IMG/VR virus record: IMGVR_UViG_3300025687_000029 | Coordinates: 1-64,000 of that record | Length of the DNA stretch: 64,000 bases | Reading direction: 5' to 3' (one strand) | Source: a virus | Shown: one piece after another, positions 9,403 to 18,957 of the stretch | Layout of the letters: every line of letters starts with the position of its first letter | Position numbering within the stretch: position 1 is the stretch's first letter | The notes under the pieces: model-generated | Told to the model about the DNA's origin: nothing | Seen by the model: only the letters and a program-made list of their open reading frames with translations | The model's database searches: none | Made by a program: the position numbers and the translations under genes

Positions 9403-10902
9403 TTATGCAAACATTGTTGCCCAAGTTGGATAACGCACTGTTGTATCAGCAGCTATTACAATATCATTAGTAGTTGTACCACTGTTAGTTGTAATGGTAG
9501 CAGCTCCATATGCATAGATGATATTGGATCCATTACCTGATACTTGCTCTCCTCCTGCTACAAGCAATGCTAGTAATCCTGCATAAAGTTCAGCAGTAGT
9601 AGCTGAAGCGTCAGTAGTAAAGCTATAAGTAGTACCATCAATAGTCAATTCATATGCAGTAGCATTATCTACAGTTGCAGGTATTGTAACTGATTGATTA
9701 GTTGCAGGTACTGCTAGTTGAATTGAATAAAGTGAATCACTTGCAGCTCCAAGTCCTGTATAAGAATTATCTTTAGTTTGGATCTCAACTATATCATACT
9801 TTGTAGTAGTAACTGCTTCTTTCAACTGATCATCATTAGTATAAGAATCATTAGGATTCTGCATACCATCAGAGAAGGCTTGTCTTGATCTAAACTCTTT
9901 ATCAGCAACTTGCTTACCAAGTCCTCTAGGATAAGTCAATGCTGTAGTATTCTTAATAAGAGTAGTAGGAGCATCTTCAAATCCTGAACCAGAAGTTTCA
10001 AGCAACCAATTAGTCATTTTATACTCTCTATGGTTACGTTTCCATTCAGTATCTTCTGTACCTGTAATTTGAATACCAAAACTACCGGCAGTTAAATCAG
10101 CAGCAGTAATTTGTTCCAATCCTGTATCAGCAATAGTTGTAGACTCACCTTGATAAGGCATATGCAAAGTAGCAGTATTATTTGTAGCATCTATAGCTTC
10201 AATAATATAGATTGGGGAAGTTACAGTTGTACCAACTCTAAGAGCCTTACCTACTGCAAGTGCAGGATTAGTTGTAGCATCATCAATATCAGTAGCTGTA
10301 ATTGTTCTACTTCCTTTAGTAAATACTACATTATCTACGCCTGTACCAATAGCATCACCAGCATCATCATGGATCAGTTCTACTTTCAAGTCATAGGACT
10401 CACCATTAACACCGGCAGAAACAGTACCTAAATCTTTAGTAAGATAAGTAACTACTTCCTGTTCAGTAGCTCCAGAAGTAGTAGAATAAGTAGCAGAGAT
10501 TCTATCTCTATTTACCATTCTAGCTTTAGAGCCGTCTTTAACTGTAATAGTTACAGTAAAATCTTCATTATCTCCTACAGGAAAACTACCTGTTGTACCG
10601 TTAGATCCTATATGATCTACTTTCTGTACAGGGGCTATATATTTAGCTCCACTTGATTTAATGACATTAGTTGTTTTGATTTTAGGAGAAACCAATTGAT
10701 CTCCATTAGAAGTCTTAGCAATAAAATGATAAGTACCTGCTGTTGTCAAAACAGTTTCTACAGTATTTGCAAATATATCTACAAATACACCTTCTCCGTT
10801 ATCCAAAGAGTCAAAATCAAATGCAGCTTCATCAGCAAGAGATGCTCCTCCAGTACTAGGAGTTTTTAGAATAAAAAGATAACGTTGTTGTCTAGTATCC
10901 AT
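9403..10902 (-). CDS. Auxiliary capsid/decoration protein (conserved crAss structural gene)
   Basis: Third gene downstream of the MCP; T/A/G-rich; YIAPVQKV..IG.NG and RGLGKQVADKE motifs. Confidence 0.55.
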   Translation of the reverse strand: MDTRQQRYLFILKTPSTGGASLADEAAFDFDSLDNGEGVFVDIFANTVETVLTTAGTYHFIAKTSNGDQLVSPKIKTTNVIKSSGAKYIAPVQKVDHIGSNGTTGSFPVGDNEDFTVTITVKDGSKARMVNRDRISATYSTTSGATEQEVVTYLTKDLGTVSAGVNGESYDLKVELIHDDAGDAIGTGVDNVVFTKGSRTITATDIDDATTNPALAVGKALRVGTTVTSPIYIIEAIDATNNTATLHMPYQGESTTIADTGLEQITAADLTAGSFGIQITGTEDTEWKRNHREYKMTNWLLETSGSGFEDAPTTLIKNTTALTYPRGLGKQVADKEFRSRQAFSDGMQNPNDSYTNDDQLKEAVTTTKYDIVEIQTKDNSYTGLGAASDSLYSIQLAVPATNQSVTIPATVDNATAYELTIDGTTYSFTTDASATTAELYAGLLALLVAGGEQVSGNGSNIIYAYGAATITTNSGTTTNDIVIAADTTVRYPTWATMFA

Positions 10903-10933
10903 TTTTGTTTAAATTTAAAATATTAATATATAA

Positions 10934-12061
10934 TTATTCACTTTGTTGTTCTTCAATCATTTGTGTTTGAATCCTTGGATCTTGAAGTGATGATAGTGTT
11001 TTAGTTACTGCCATTTCTATAATCTCCCTATGTGTAGATTCATTTAATTCACAATGTACTTGATTTAGAGGGTTGTCAAAATCAACAACAATACCTCTGG
11101 GTTTTTTAATATATCTAAGATAATAATTTTGTATTTCAAAACTACCATCTGTAATTAGCTCATGTACTTGATTATCTGTACCTACCAATGTCTGATCGTT
11201 ATTTAATTGATCAGGGACAGGTAAATAGGTTACAAATATAACTATATCATTAGTAGTACTACCTGAATTAGTTGTAACTTCTGAATCAGATAATACATAT
11301 ATAGTTAATCCATCTGAAGAAGTTCTAAATTCTTCACCTCCAATAGTCATAGCCTGAACTAAATCAGTTATTACTCCTAATTGAGTAGTAGAAGTAGAAT
11401 TATATGTATTACCATTTACAACTAAATCATAGTTAGCAGGACTATCAACTGTAGATGGAACAGATACTCTATACCATTTTGTTGTTGTTGTAGATGTAAC
11501 TGCTAATTCTGTATTAGCATTATACTCACTGGAGTATTCCATTCTCCAAGTTTCTTTAAACCAAGGTTGTTTGAATGAATTATCAATCCACTGATTATAT
11601 TCATCATGTGTAACAGGTTTAACAGAATATCTATTTCCTGAGTAACATGATTCTGATGTGTTCCATGATACTTCTTCTTTAATGGCCCAAAGGAAGTCCT
11701 TTGGAAGTTTCCAAAGGGTTCCATTGGGATTTATTATGGAAGAATCACGAAAGAAAGCATTTGTATCTTCTATACTATAAGTATTACCTCCCTGAATACT
11801 ATATACATACTCAGCAGTTGTAGTATTATAACTTATAGTTATTGCCTTTATCAATTGAGCTAAATCCTTACGTCTTTTCTCAGAATTTTCAAACCCTTGA
11901 TTATAAGGATTACCTCTCCAATTATATTTACGTTTCAAGTATTCTTCCTGGGCTTGAGATAAGGTAAATGATATTTCCTCATCTGTAAATCCAGGAGATG
12001 AATTACTTGTTCTTTTATCCAGTATATCTAAATACTCTTTAGCTTGATCGTTTGCCTGCAT
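10934..12061 (-). CDS. Tail ring/adaptor protein
   Basis: PGFTDEEIS..LSQAQ, GFENSEKRRKDLAQL, YYLRYIKKP, CELNESTHREIIEMAV: crAss ring-protein pattern. Confidence 0.7.
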   Translation of the reverse strand: MQANDQAKEYLDILDKRTSNSSPGFTDEEISFTLSQAQEEYLKRKYNWRGNPYNQGFENSEKRRKDLAQLIKAITISYNTTTAEYVYSIQGGNTYSIEDTNAFFRDSSIINPNGTLWKLPKDFLWAIKEEVSWNTSESCYSGNRYSVKPVTHDEYNQWIDNSFKQPWFKETWRMEYSSEYNANTELAVTSTTTTKWYRVSVPSTVDSPANYDLVVNGNTYNSTSTTQLGVITDLVQAMTIGGEEFRTSSDGLTIYVLSDSEVTTNSGSTTNDIVIFVTYLPVPDQLNNDQTLVGTDNQVHELITDGSFEIQNYYLRYIKKPRGIVVDFDNPLNQVHCELNESTHREIIEMAVTKTLSSLQDPRIQTQMIEEQQSE

Positions 12062-12911
12062 TTAATTCTTCAGTAATAGCTGTAATAATTTCTTGCTTAC
12101 CTTCATCAGGATCTAAAAGTTTCAACATATCTCTTTTATTACCTGCAATAGGAGTTGAATTATCCCATTTTGTAAAGTATGCTTGATTCCTTGTTTTAAT
12201 TATTCCTGCTCTAATTGCCTGAAGTAAAAATGCTTTATTTTCAAAATTATCATCTGAAATAAGATAAAACAAATCTTCAGGTTTAGTTCTGGCTATATTC
12301 TTTAAAGATTTTTTAACTTTCTCAATACTATCATTAGGATGTATTCTTTTAGTAGGATCTTTTTCATAGAAGTACATATCTAACAATCTTCTAAGTTTTT
12401 TCTCCTGCTTATCATATTCAGCAAGTTTCATATATACTGAAGCTTGCATATCAGCAATATTATCTATTTCATCATTCTCATCCTCATCTGTAATAATAAT
12501 ATATCTACATAACGGTTTATTTTGAACATCTCCATAACCATCTGCAAATGTATCTTTATAACTAAGAGCTATAAGATATTTAGCATAATCTACAGGATTA
12601 TTTAATCTCAAAGTTACTTCACTACCTCTAAGTTCAAGAAATGCTGTATCCCAGTAAGAATCAGGATGATTAATATTTAAAGCTTCTATTTCAATTCCTA
12701 ATGCCTTTGCAAAGGTTTCTTTATTCTTAATATGCATTCTGTCTACAGTATTATCTACAGATCTCATTGCATATCTAAAATATGATTTATTTAATTGTCT
12801 AAGCTTTTCTTTATTCAAAAGCCCTTTAAACTCTCCTGCTTTAACAGGAACAAGCTTAATTTCAACGTCTTTATTAAAGTTTATAATATCTTTTTTTAAT
12901 GTTACTTCCAT
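12039..12911 (-). CDS. Conserved crAss protein downstream of the MCP
   Basis: LRLNNPVDYAKY motif and synteny. Confidence 0.55.
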   Translation of the reverse strand: MEVTLKKDIINFNKDVEIKLVPVKAGEFKGLLNKEKLRQLNKSYFRYAMRSVDNTVDRMHIKNKETFAKALGIEIEALNINHPDSYWDTAFLELRGSEVTLRLNNPVDYAKYLIALSYKDTFADGYGDVQNKPLCRYIIITDEDENDEIDNIADMQASVYMKLAEYDKQEKKLRRLLDMYFYEKDPTKRIHPNDSIEKVKKSLKNIARTKPEDLFYLISDDNFENKAFLLQAIRAGIIKTRNQAYFTKWDNSTPIAGNKRDMLKLLDPDEGKQEIITAITEELNAGKRSS

Positions 12912-12948
12912 AATTAATTTCTTTCTATTCTTCGTTTATTAAAAGTAA

Positions 12949-12968
12949 GGGGAGGAATTAACCTCCCC
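12949..12968 (-). terminator. Hairpin/terminator after the MCP
   Basis: GGGGAGG-aattaa-CCTCCCC. Confidence 0.6.
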
Positions 12969-12977
12969 ATCATTATA

Positions 12978-14498
12978 CTATGATTCTAGAATCGTTGGCT
13001 TGATTATAGCAGATCTTGTAGGATCTTTAAGAATCGCACAGAACTCAGGAGTTACCATATGATACTCACATCCTTCATCAGGCATTGTAGCTATACTATA
13101 GCCCATTCCACCTGCTTCTTTGATAAGAGGACCATAAGGAGATGCAACACCAGGTTTGATAGAAGCTATATCTTCTTTCTGATTAACATAGATCAATTCT
13201 AAGTTATTATCTCCACCTTCAGTACTAAGATTGGTAATTTGATAAGTATAAGAACTAGCCGGTCCTTGTAGACTAGGATCTACTTCAGACATTCTTATAG
13301 AAGTTCTGGCATCAGCTCTATCATCAAATATTTTATTTACTTTGAAGGTAACAATAGTTCCATCAGGAGCTTTATACTGAGTAAAAGTAGTATCAAGTTT
13401 TCTACCTCCATAAGCACCAGGTTTATCAGAATTATCAGATTGAAGAACTGTAAATCCTTTAGCTTTTTCAGTTATCCAGTTATGTGCAAACATTGCACCC
13501 CATCTACCAGTTTCAACAAGAATATTACGTTCTTTTTCAAAACCTACTTCATTATCAGATAGATCCATAATAGTATCAACTACCCCTTGAATATTAGGTT
13601 TAGTTTGAAGTACTAAGTTACCTCCTGATTCAATTTGTTGTTGAATACCTGCACCTGTTTTAGCAGAAAATCCAGAAGAATCTTTATCAAGTATTCTACC
13701 TGTACCATCAACATTAAGGACTCCATAATAAAGCATTCTGTCTTTATACATCTTCATCTGCTTCATCATCTCATATCTCAAATAGTCATCCCATACCTTG
13801 AATTTCTGACCATTAACATCAAGAGTCCAAGACAAAGCTCTACCAATCATGTTATTTGGTTTGATAGTTTGGAATCTACACTTAGTATAAGTGTTTCTCA
13901 TTTCAAATGGAGAAGTGAAGTTAAAGTCAGCACCTTTCTTAGCTAATGTAGAAGCTACAGGCGCACCATCAACAGAAAATTCTTTTCCTGAAATAAGTAA
14001 TTCACCAGGCATAAAATGATTAATATCATATCCCCATAATTGTACAGGATACCTAAATTCATTACCTAGATCATCAGGTTCACCTACTATCTTCAATTGA
14101 TATTTACTACCCTTCTCACCAGCAAGAAGTTGTACATCTGAAAAATACTTTTCTCCAAATACAAGATAAAAGATTGATTTACCTTTACCTGCTTGAGAAG
14201 CTGCCGTAATAACAGTACCATCTTCCAATTCAGCTCTAACAAGAGGAACAGTTTTGATAGCAGAACCTTGAAGTTTCCACTTAACCCATCCATCTTCATT
14301 CTGAGATACTACTCTAGTATTACCTATCATGTCAAGGTAATCAGCAGTACCGAGTTCAAATTGAGATCTGTACAGCATAGTAGTCAATCCATCAATATTA
14401 AAATCTGATGAATATCCTAATGCCTGAAGACTGTCTTTCAGTACTAATCCTGAAAAGTCTTTACTTTGCGTTGTTTGTAAAATTGATATATTGCTCAT
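12978..14498 (-). CDS. Major capsid protein
   Basis: 506 aa; WKLQG, KTGAGIQQQI, TGRWG, QYKAPDG, LKDPTR motifs; follows an acidic scaffold-like gene. Confidence 0.85.
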   Translation of the reverse strand: MSNISILQTTQSKDFSGLVLKDSLQALGYSSDFNIDGLTTMLYRSQFELGTADYLDMIGNTRVVSQNEDGWVKWKLQGSAIKTVPLVRAELEDGTVITAASQAGKGKSIFYLVFGEKYFSDVQLLAGEKGSKYQLKIVGEPDDLGNEFRYPVQLWGYDINHFMPGELLISGKEFSVDGAPVASTLAKKGADFNFTSPFEMRNTYTKCRFQTIKPNNMIGRALSWTLDVNGQKFKVWDDYLRYEMMKQMKMYKDRMLYYGVLNVDGTGRILDKDSSGFSAKTGAGIQQQIESGGNLVLQTKPNIQGVVDTIMDLSDNEVGFEKERNILVETGRWGAMFAHNWITEKAKGFTVLQSDNSDKPGAYGGRKLDTTFTQYKAPDGTIVTFKVNKIFDDRADARTSIRMSEVDPSLQGPASSYTYQITNLSTEGGDNNLELIYVNQKEDIASIKPGVASPYGPLIKEAGGMGYSIATMPDEGCEYHMVTPEFCAILKDPTRSAIIKPTILES

Positions 14499-14513
14499 AA
14501 TTTATAAAATTTC

Positions 14514-15722
14514 TTACTTCTTTGGAAAATGCTGTTTTAGAGCATCCAATAATCCAGATGATTGACCATTTGAATTGGTGTATTTACCAGCTTTTGGTCC
14601 TGACTTCATCTGTTTCATTATAGTATTAACTTGTTTCGTACCTCCAAGTTTTAATATAGAATCCCAAGCTTTTTTATTATTATTAAATAATCCAAGATGT
14701 TCAAGATAAGCCAGCTTCACATCAAATGCCATTGGGTCTTTATCTCTTGCTATTCTAATAGCAGTAGTCATTCCTTTATCAGTTTTAATAGGTTTAAATA
14801 AAGATTCAAATACTGCATCTTTTGTCTTCTTAGTGATTTTCATACCAGGAATAATCTCATCCTGAGAATCAATTAGATTCTTATATTCTTTTCTTGTTAA
14901 CTCTAATTGTTGTTGTTGTCTCTGATACTCTTCTTGTGCTTTAGCTTCTTTAATTTTTTCTTGTTCAGCTAATGCCTTCTGTTGATTACTTAAAGCACTT
15001 TTTGCATTACTTTCAAGTTTATCTTTAGCTTCATAAAACTCTATCCTTTCTGTTATCTCCTCTTCAGGTAATCCTGTACTTCTTAGATAATTAGCTATAG
15101 TCTCTTTTTGAAGATTAACATTACCACTTAAATCCTGCTCTTTTATAGCAGCCAAAGCATTTTGTTCAATTGCTAATTTGATTGCTTCAGTTTCATCTAT
15201 ACCTCTACTAACCATATCAATAATAGCTCTGGTTTTTTCAGGTAATGATCCTATACTCTCATCAATTAGTTTTGCTGCTTTAGATTCTATTGCAGCTTCA
15301 GTATTTTCATTTTGAAATTGTAAATACTTTTCTAACTGCTGTTCTCCTTCTAATTCTGCTAATTCTTGTTGCTGCTCTTCAGTTAATTCTTGAGTAACTC
15401 CATATTGAGACAATACATTAGTTATTCCATCAAAAGAAAACTCTTCTTGAGAATCTGTTTGAATTTCTTCCTCATTAGTAACTTCAGTATTAGTTTCAGG
15501 CTCCTCACTATCATCTTCATTAGATATATCAGGAGTATTTCCTGGAGTTGTCATATTCTCTAATTGAGAATCATCCTGAGTTTGAATATCACTGTATTCA
15601 TTACTTTGTTGGGATTCTGTCAAAGAACTTGTTGTTTCTCTTTCATTCTGTTCTTTTGCCAAACTTTCAAGACCTGTTACCAGATCTCCATAAAGTCCGT
15701 CATCAGTTATTAAATCTTCCAT
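14514..15722 (-). CDS. Scaffold-like acidic coiled-coil protein
   Basis: Highly acidic N-terminus and coiled coil; IIPGMKIT motif; upstream of the MCP. The second ATG is preferred because the first overlaps a promoter motif. Confidence 0.65.
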   Translation of the reverse strand: MEDLITDDGLYGDLVTGLESLAKEQNERETTSSLTESQQSNEYSDIQTQDDSQLENMTTPGNTPDISNEDDSEEPETNTEVTNEEEIQTDSQEEFSFDGITNVLSQYGVTQELTEEQQQELAELEGEQQLEKYLQFQNENTEAAIESKAAKLIDESIGSLPEKTRAIIDMVSRGIDETEAIKLAIEQNALAAIKEQDLSGNVNLQKETIANYLRSTGLPEEEITERIEFYEAKDKLESNAKSALSNQQKALAEQEKIKEAKAQEEYQRQQQQLELTRKEYKNLIDSQDEIIPGMKITKKTKDAVFESLFKPIKTDKGMTTAIRIARDKDPMAFDVKLAYLEHLGLFNNNKKAWDSILKLGGTKQVNTIMKQMKSGPKAGKYTNSNGQSSGLLDALKQHFPKK

Positions 15723-15921
15723 ATGCAAATATATTAATTACGTACTTTTTACTTATTATTTTTTATTTAGTTTATTATCAATAGGTTACTAAAACTTAAT
15801 TTTTAAGATTATTTTTTAGAAATTAACTTCCAGGTTCCCTTGTTACAAGAACATCTCTTCAATCTACATGAACATCCTGAGTGTGAGGTAGTTTTACCAC
15901 ATCCTGTACATTTATATGTAT

Positions 15922-16122
15922 TCATTCTTTCCAGTATTTACAAGTTATCCATTCACACATACATTTAGCCGGAATATAGCATCCACAATCTAAACATAAA
16001 TTAATTTTTGAGATATATCTACAGTCTGCACATATAGACCTTCTCCTAAAATAGGAAGAGGTCCTCTTTTTAAAAAGTAAAGAGAACCATCCAACTATTA
16101 TTGTTTTAATTTTAGAAATCAC
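15922..16122 (-). CDS. Small Cys-rich protein
   Basis: RRSICADC...CLDCGCYIPAK...C..W. Confidence 0.55.
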   Translation of the reverse strand: MISKIKTIIVGWFSLLFKKRTSSYFRRRSICADCRYISKINLCLDCGCYIPAKCMCEWITCKYWKE

Positions 16123-16505
16123 AATTTTCCGTATGACATTATAATATCATTCTTATACATTAATCTATAAGCCTTACTCTCATGGATAATGTAAACAGCA
16201 CTCTGTTGTAATTTTTCAATTTCATCAGGTTTTAGTTTACTATCTATCCAGATAGTTTGTTGTTGTTGAGGAGATGGAATAACTGTATCCCCTTCTTCCA
16301 GCCAAGTAACATCATCAGCTTTTTTAATAACTTTAAGTCTGAATGGATGCAATTTAGTTTCTACAGCAGTATTTCCTTTAGAATCTGCTTTACTACCATC
16401 AGGTAAAATAATACCACTAGTTGTCTTCTTTTCTAATTCAACCTCTAAAGGCTCTACTAATAAATATCCAGGTTGTAATTTACCTGGAATTTTTACTTCT
16501 CCCAT
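16119..16505 (-). CDS. groES: GroES-like co-chaperonin
   Basis: KLQPGYLLVEP, KKTTSGIILPD mobile loop, EGDTV, YRLMYKNDII. Confidence 0.75.
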   Translation of the reverse strand: MGEVKIPGKLQPGYLLVEPLEVELEKKTTSGIILPDGSKADSKGNTAVETKLHPFRLKVIKKADDVTWLEEGDTVIPSPQQQQTIWIDSKLKPDEIEKLQQSAVYIIHESKAYRLMYKNDIIMSYGKL

Positions 16506-16507
16506 AA

Positions 16508-18934
16508 TTATTTATTTGTTTTATTACTATTATTAATTTTCTTTCTTTCTAAATTTAGTTTCTCTTTATCATATAATTCTTTTGAACTCTGAGATCTTTC
16601 AGCTAATTGTTGTTTTCTTTCTTCAATACTCCTCTTGTGTGCTTCAGATTGTTCATTATTTGGAGTACCTTCATTTTTCAATTGTTGTATATCAATATTA
16701 TTCTGATTCTCCATATCTCTAAGTAGAATATCAGCTTCAATTTTTCTAGCTTCTTGTTGTGCTTCATATTCTCTCTGCAATTGTTCTCTTCTAGCTTGTT
16801 CCTCAGCTTGTTGTTGTTGCAACTCCATTGCTTCCTGTTGTCTCTTTTCATTAAGCATTTCACGCTCTAATTTAGACTCTCTAAGAATTTGTTTTTGAAT
16901 AACAGGATCATCAACTTCCATAAGTGCAATATAAGCTTCCTCATCTAATCTATCATTCTGGAACATTATAGGAGCCATTTGTTGAATAGCTTTAGATATA
17001 TCTGTGTCTTTTCTAATATTACTAAAGAATATTCCCCAATCATAAGAAGCATACTCTTCACCACTTAGTTCAATATATCCCTGCATTACACCATTCATTA
17101 TATTTTTAACAGGTATGGACTGACCGTCATATACTACTTTTGCAAGTTCCATAGTGTTCATATACACTAACTTCTTAAACTCATCATGGGCTTTAAATAA
17201 AGGCTCAGTAGTATTTGAAGATTGAACTACTGATCTTTCAACTCCTCCTACAGTTTCTCTATTAGAAATATTACCTAAACGTTGTTGTGTTATACCCAGG
17301 GTTTCTCCCATCTCAATTTTAATTCTTTGTAGTATAGTATCATATAGTTGAATATGATCTATTTGATTAAGATTGGATTGTTTTCCTGTTGTATTGTATG
17401 CACCTGCTGCATTACCTGTAATTGGATCTTTAGCAAAAGAATCTACATATTTAATCTTACTGACTTTCATCCAATACATAACTTGATCTATAGACCAGTC
17501 TTGAGGAATACTTGCCATATCTATTTCAAGAACATTACCTATATTTGCTCCAATAGCATGTTCCTTTTCTTTATTAATAAGATTATAAGTATATTTATAG
17601 TTCTTGATTGTTGACATTGGACAATTAACTTTTATACCTCCAGCGGTATAAATATATCCAATATAAGGAGCTGAACATAATTTTAAATCTTGCTGAGAAT
17701 AAACATTACCAAAGAATACCCCCCATTTAGTATAAATATCATACCCAATCTTAGTCATTTCTCTCCACTCAGGTACTCTTATTTCTTCTACAGTTTCTCC
17801 AATCTCAGTGTTTGGGGTATATTTACCATCAACTATTTCTCTAGTGATAGATCCATCATCATTCTCTGTAGTTAACACTTTAACAATTCTAAATGATTTC
17901 CAACATACTCTAACTACTCTAAGATCACCATTAGATCTTACTTCTTCTCCTATAGATGTACTATCAATATTATTAAATCCATATTCATATGAAGGTAATC
18001 CTGAACCAAAACTTTGATATTCCTTTTGTTCTGTAAACCCTGTCCTAACATAATCAGACTTACCATCTCCATTCTTGGAATATGTTTCATCAATAGTTTT
18101 TATCTCTGATTTTGTAAGAACATCTTTGTACTCATCTATTATAGTAAATGGAGATTTATAAGATACATGTAATATAACATCTGCATCTTGAATTAATTTA
18201 GAATCTCCTGATCTAATAATATATAAATCTTCAGGATGTACTTTATCAACATAAAGCTGTCCACCTCTTTCTTCAAAGGAAACAATCTCTTCACCTACAT
18301 GTAATTGGTCCCAATGAGTATCTTTGAATAATTGATCAAAATTATTTAACTCAGCTACATACTCTACCAATTGTTGTCCTCTAATTTCTTCTAATTCCCT
18401 GGTATCATATCTATAACCGTCAAGCTTTTTTTGTAATTCTTGTTTTGTTTTAACCTCATCAATGGAATTTTCCATTATTTTTTGTGCAGCAAACTTGTAA
18501 ATATCATCTATCTTTTTAGCTTGCTTCATCTCATTCATCTCAGGATTCATAATAGAGAGTTTATAATTAAAACTCCTTTCTGTACCCTCGCCAATCAATT
18601 GATTGAAGTATTCATATTCAATGGGAAAGTTTTTAACTTCTTTATACATATCCTCCATTGCAGGATTCTTAGTTGGATTAAATAATCTGGCCATATCTCT
18701 AGGGTCTGTCTCATCTTGAGCTAATCTTCTATTTATAACCATCTCACTTTTAGTGAGTCTTAATCCGTCTCTATAATTCCAATTCCCAATATTACTCTCA
18801 TTTGTTCCTGTAATATTAATAGCAGCTTCTACATTTTCTTTATGCCAATCTTTATTTTTTCTACTATCTGCTATTAACTGGCTTGGATACTTTGTAACTA
18901 TTGAATTATGATATGATGTTGGTGTAGTTGACAT
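16508..18934 (-). CDS. Portal protein
   Basis: ~810 aa between TerL and the scaffold; VVRVCWKS, GITQQRLG, ETVGGVERSVVQS. Start placed at MSTTP. Confidence 0.85.
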   Translation of the reverse strand: MSTTPTSYHNSIVTKYPSQLIADSRKNKDWHKENVEAAINITGTNESNIGNWNYRDGLRLTKSEMVINRRLAQDETDPRDMARLFNPTKNPAMEDMYKEVKNFPIEYEYFNQLIGEGTERSFNYKLSIMNPEMNEMKQAKKIDDIYKFAAQKIMENSIDEVKTKQELQKKLDGYRYDTRELEEIRGQQLVEYVAELNNFDQLFKDTHWDQLHVGEEIVSFEERGGQLYVDKVHPEDLYIIRSGDSKLIQDADVILHVSYKSPFTIIDEYKDVLTKSEIKTIDETYSKNGDGKSDYVRTGFTEQKEYQSFGSGLPSYEYGFNNIDSTSIGEEVRSNGDLRVVRVCWKSFRIVKVLTTENDDGSITREIVDGKYTPNTEIGETVEEIRVPEWREMTKIGYDIYTKWGVFFGNVYSQQDLKLCSAPYIGYIYTAGGIKVNCPMSTIKNYKYTYNLINKEKEHAIGANIGNVLEIDMASIPQDWSIDQVMYWMKVSKIKYVDSFAKDPITGNAAGAYNTTGKQSNLNQIDHIQLYDTILQRIKIEMGETLGITQQRLGNISNRETVGGVERSVVQSSNTTEPLFKAHDEFKKLVYMNTMELAKVVYDGQSIPVKNIMNGVMQGYIELSGEEYASYDWGIFFSNIRKDTDISKAIQQMAPIMFQNDRLDEEAYIALMEVDDPVIQKQILRESKLEREMLNEKRQQEAMELQQQQAEEQARREQLQREYEAQQEARKIEADILLRDMENQNNIDIQQLKNEGTPNNEQSEAHKRSIEERKQQLAERSQSSKELYDKEKLNLERKKINNSNKTNK

Positions 18935-18957
18935 ATTAAAATTTTTTATGTACAAAG

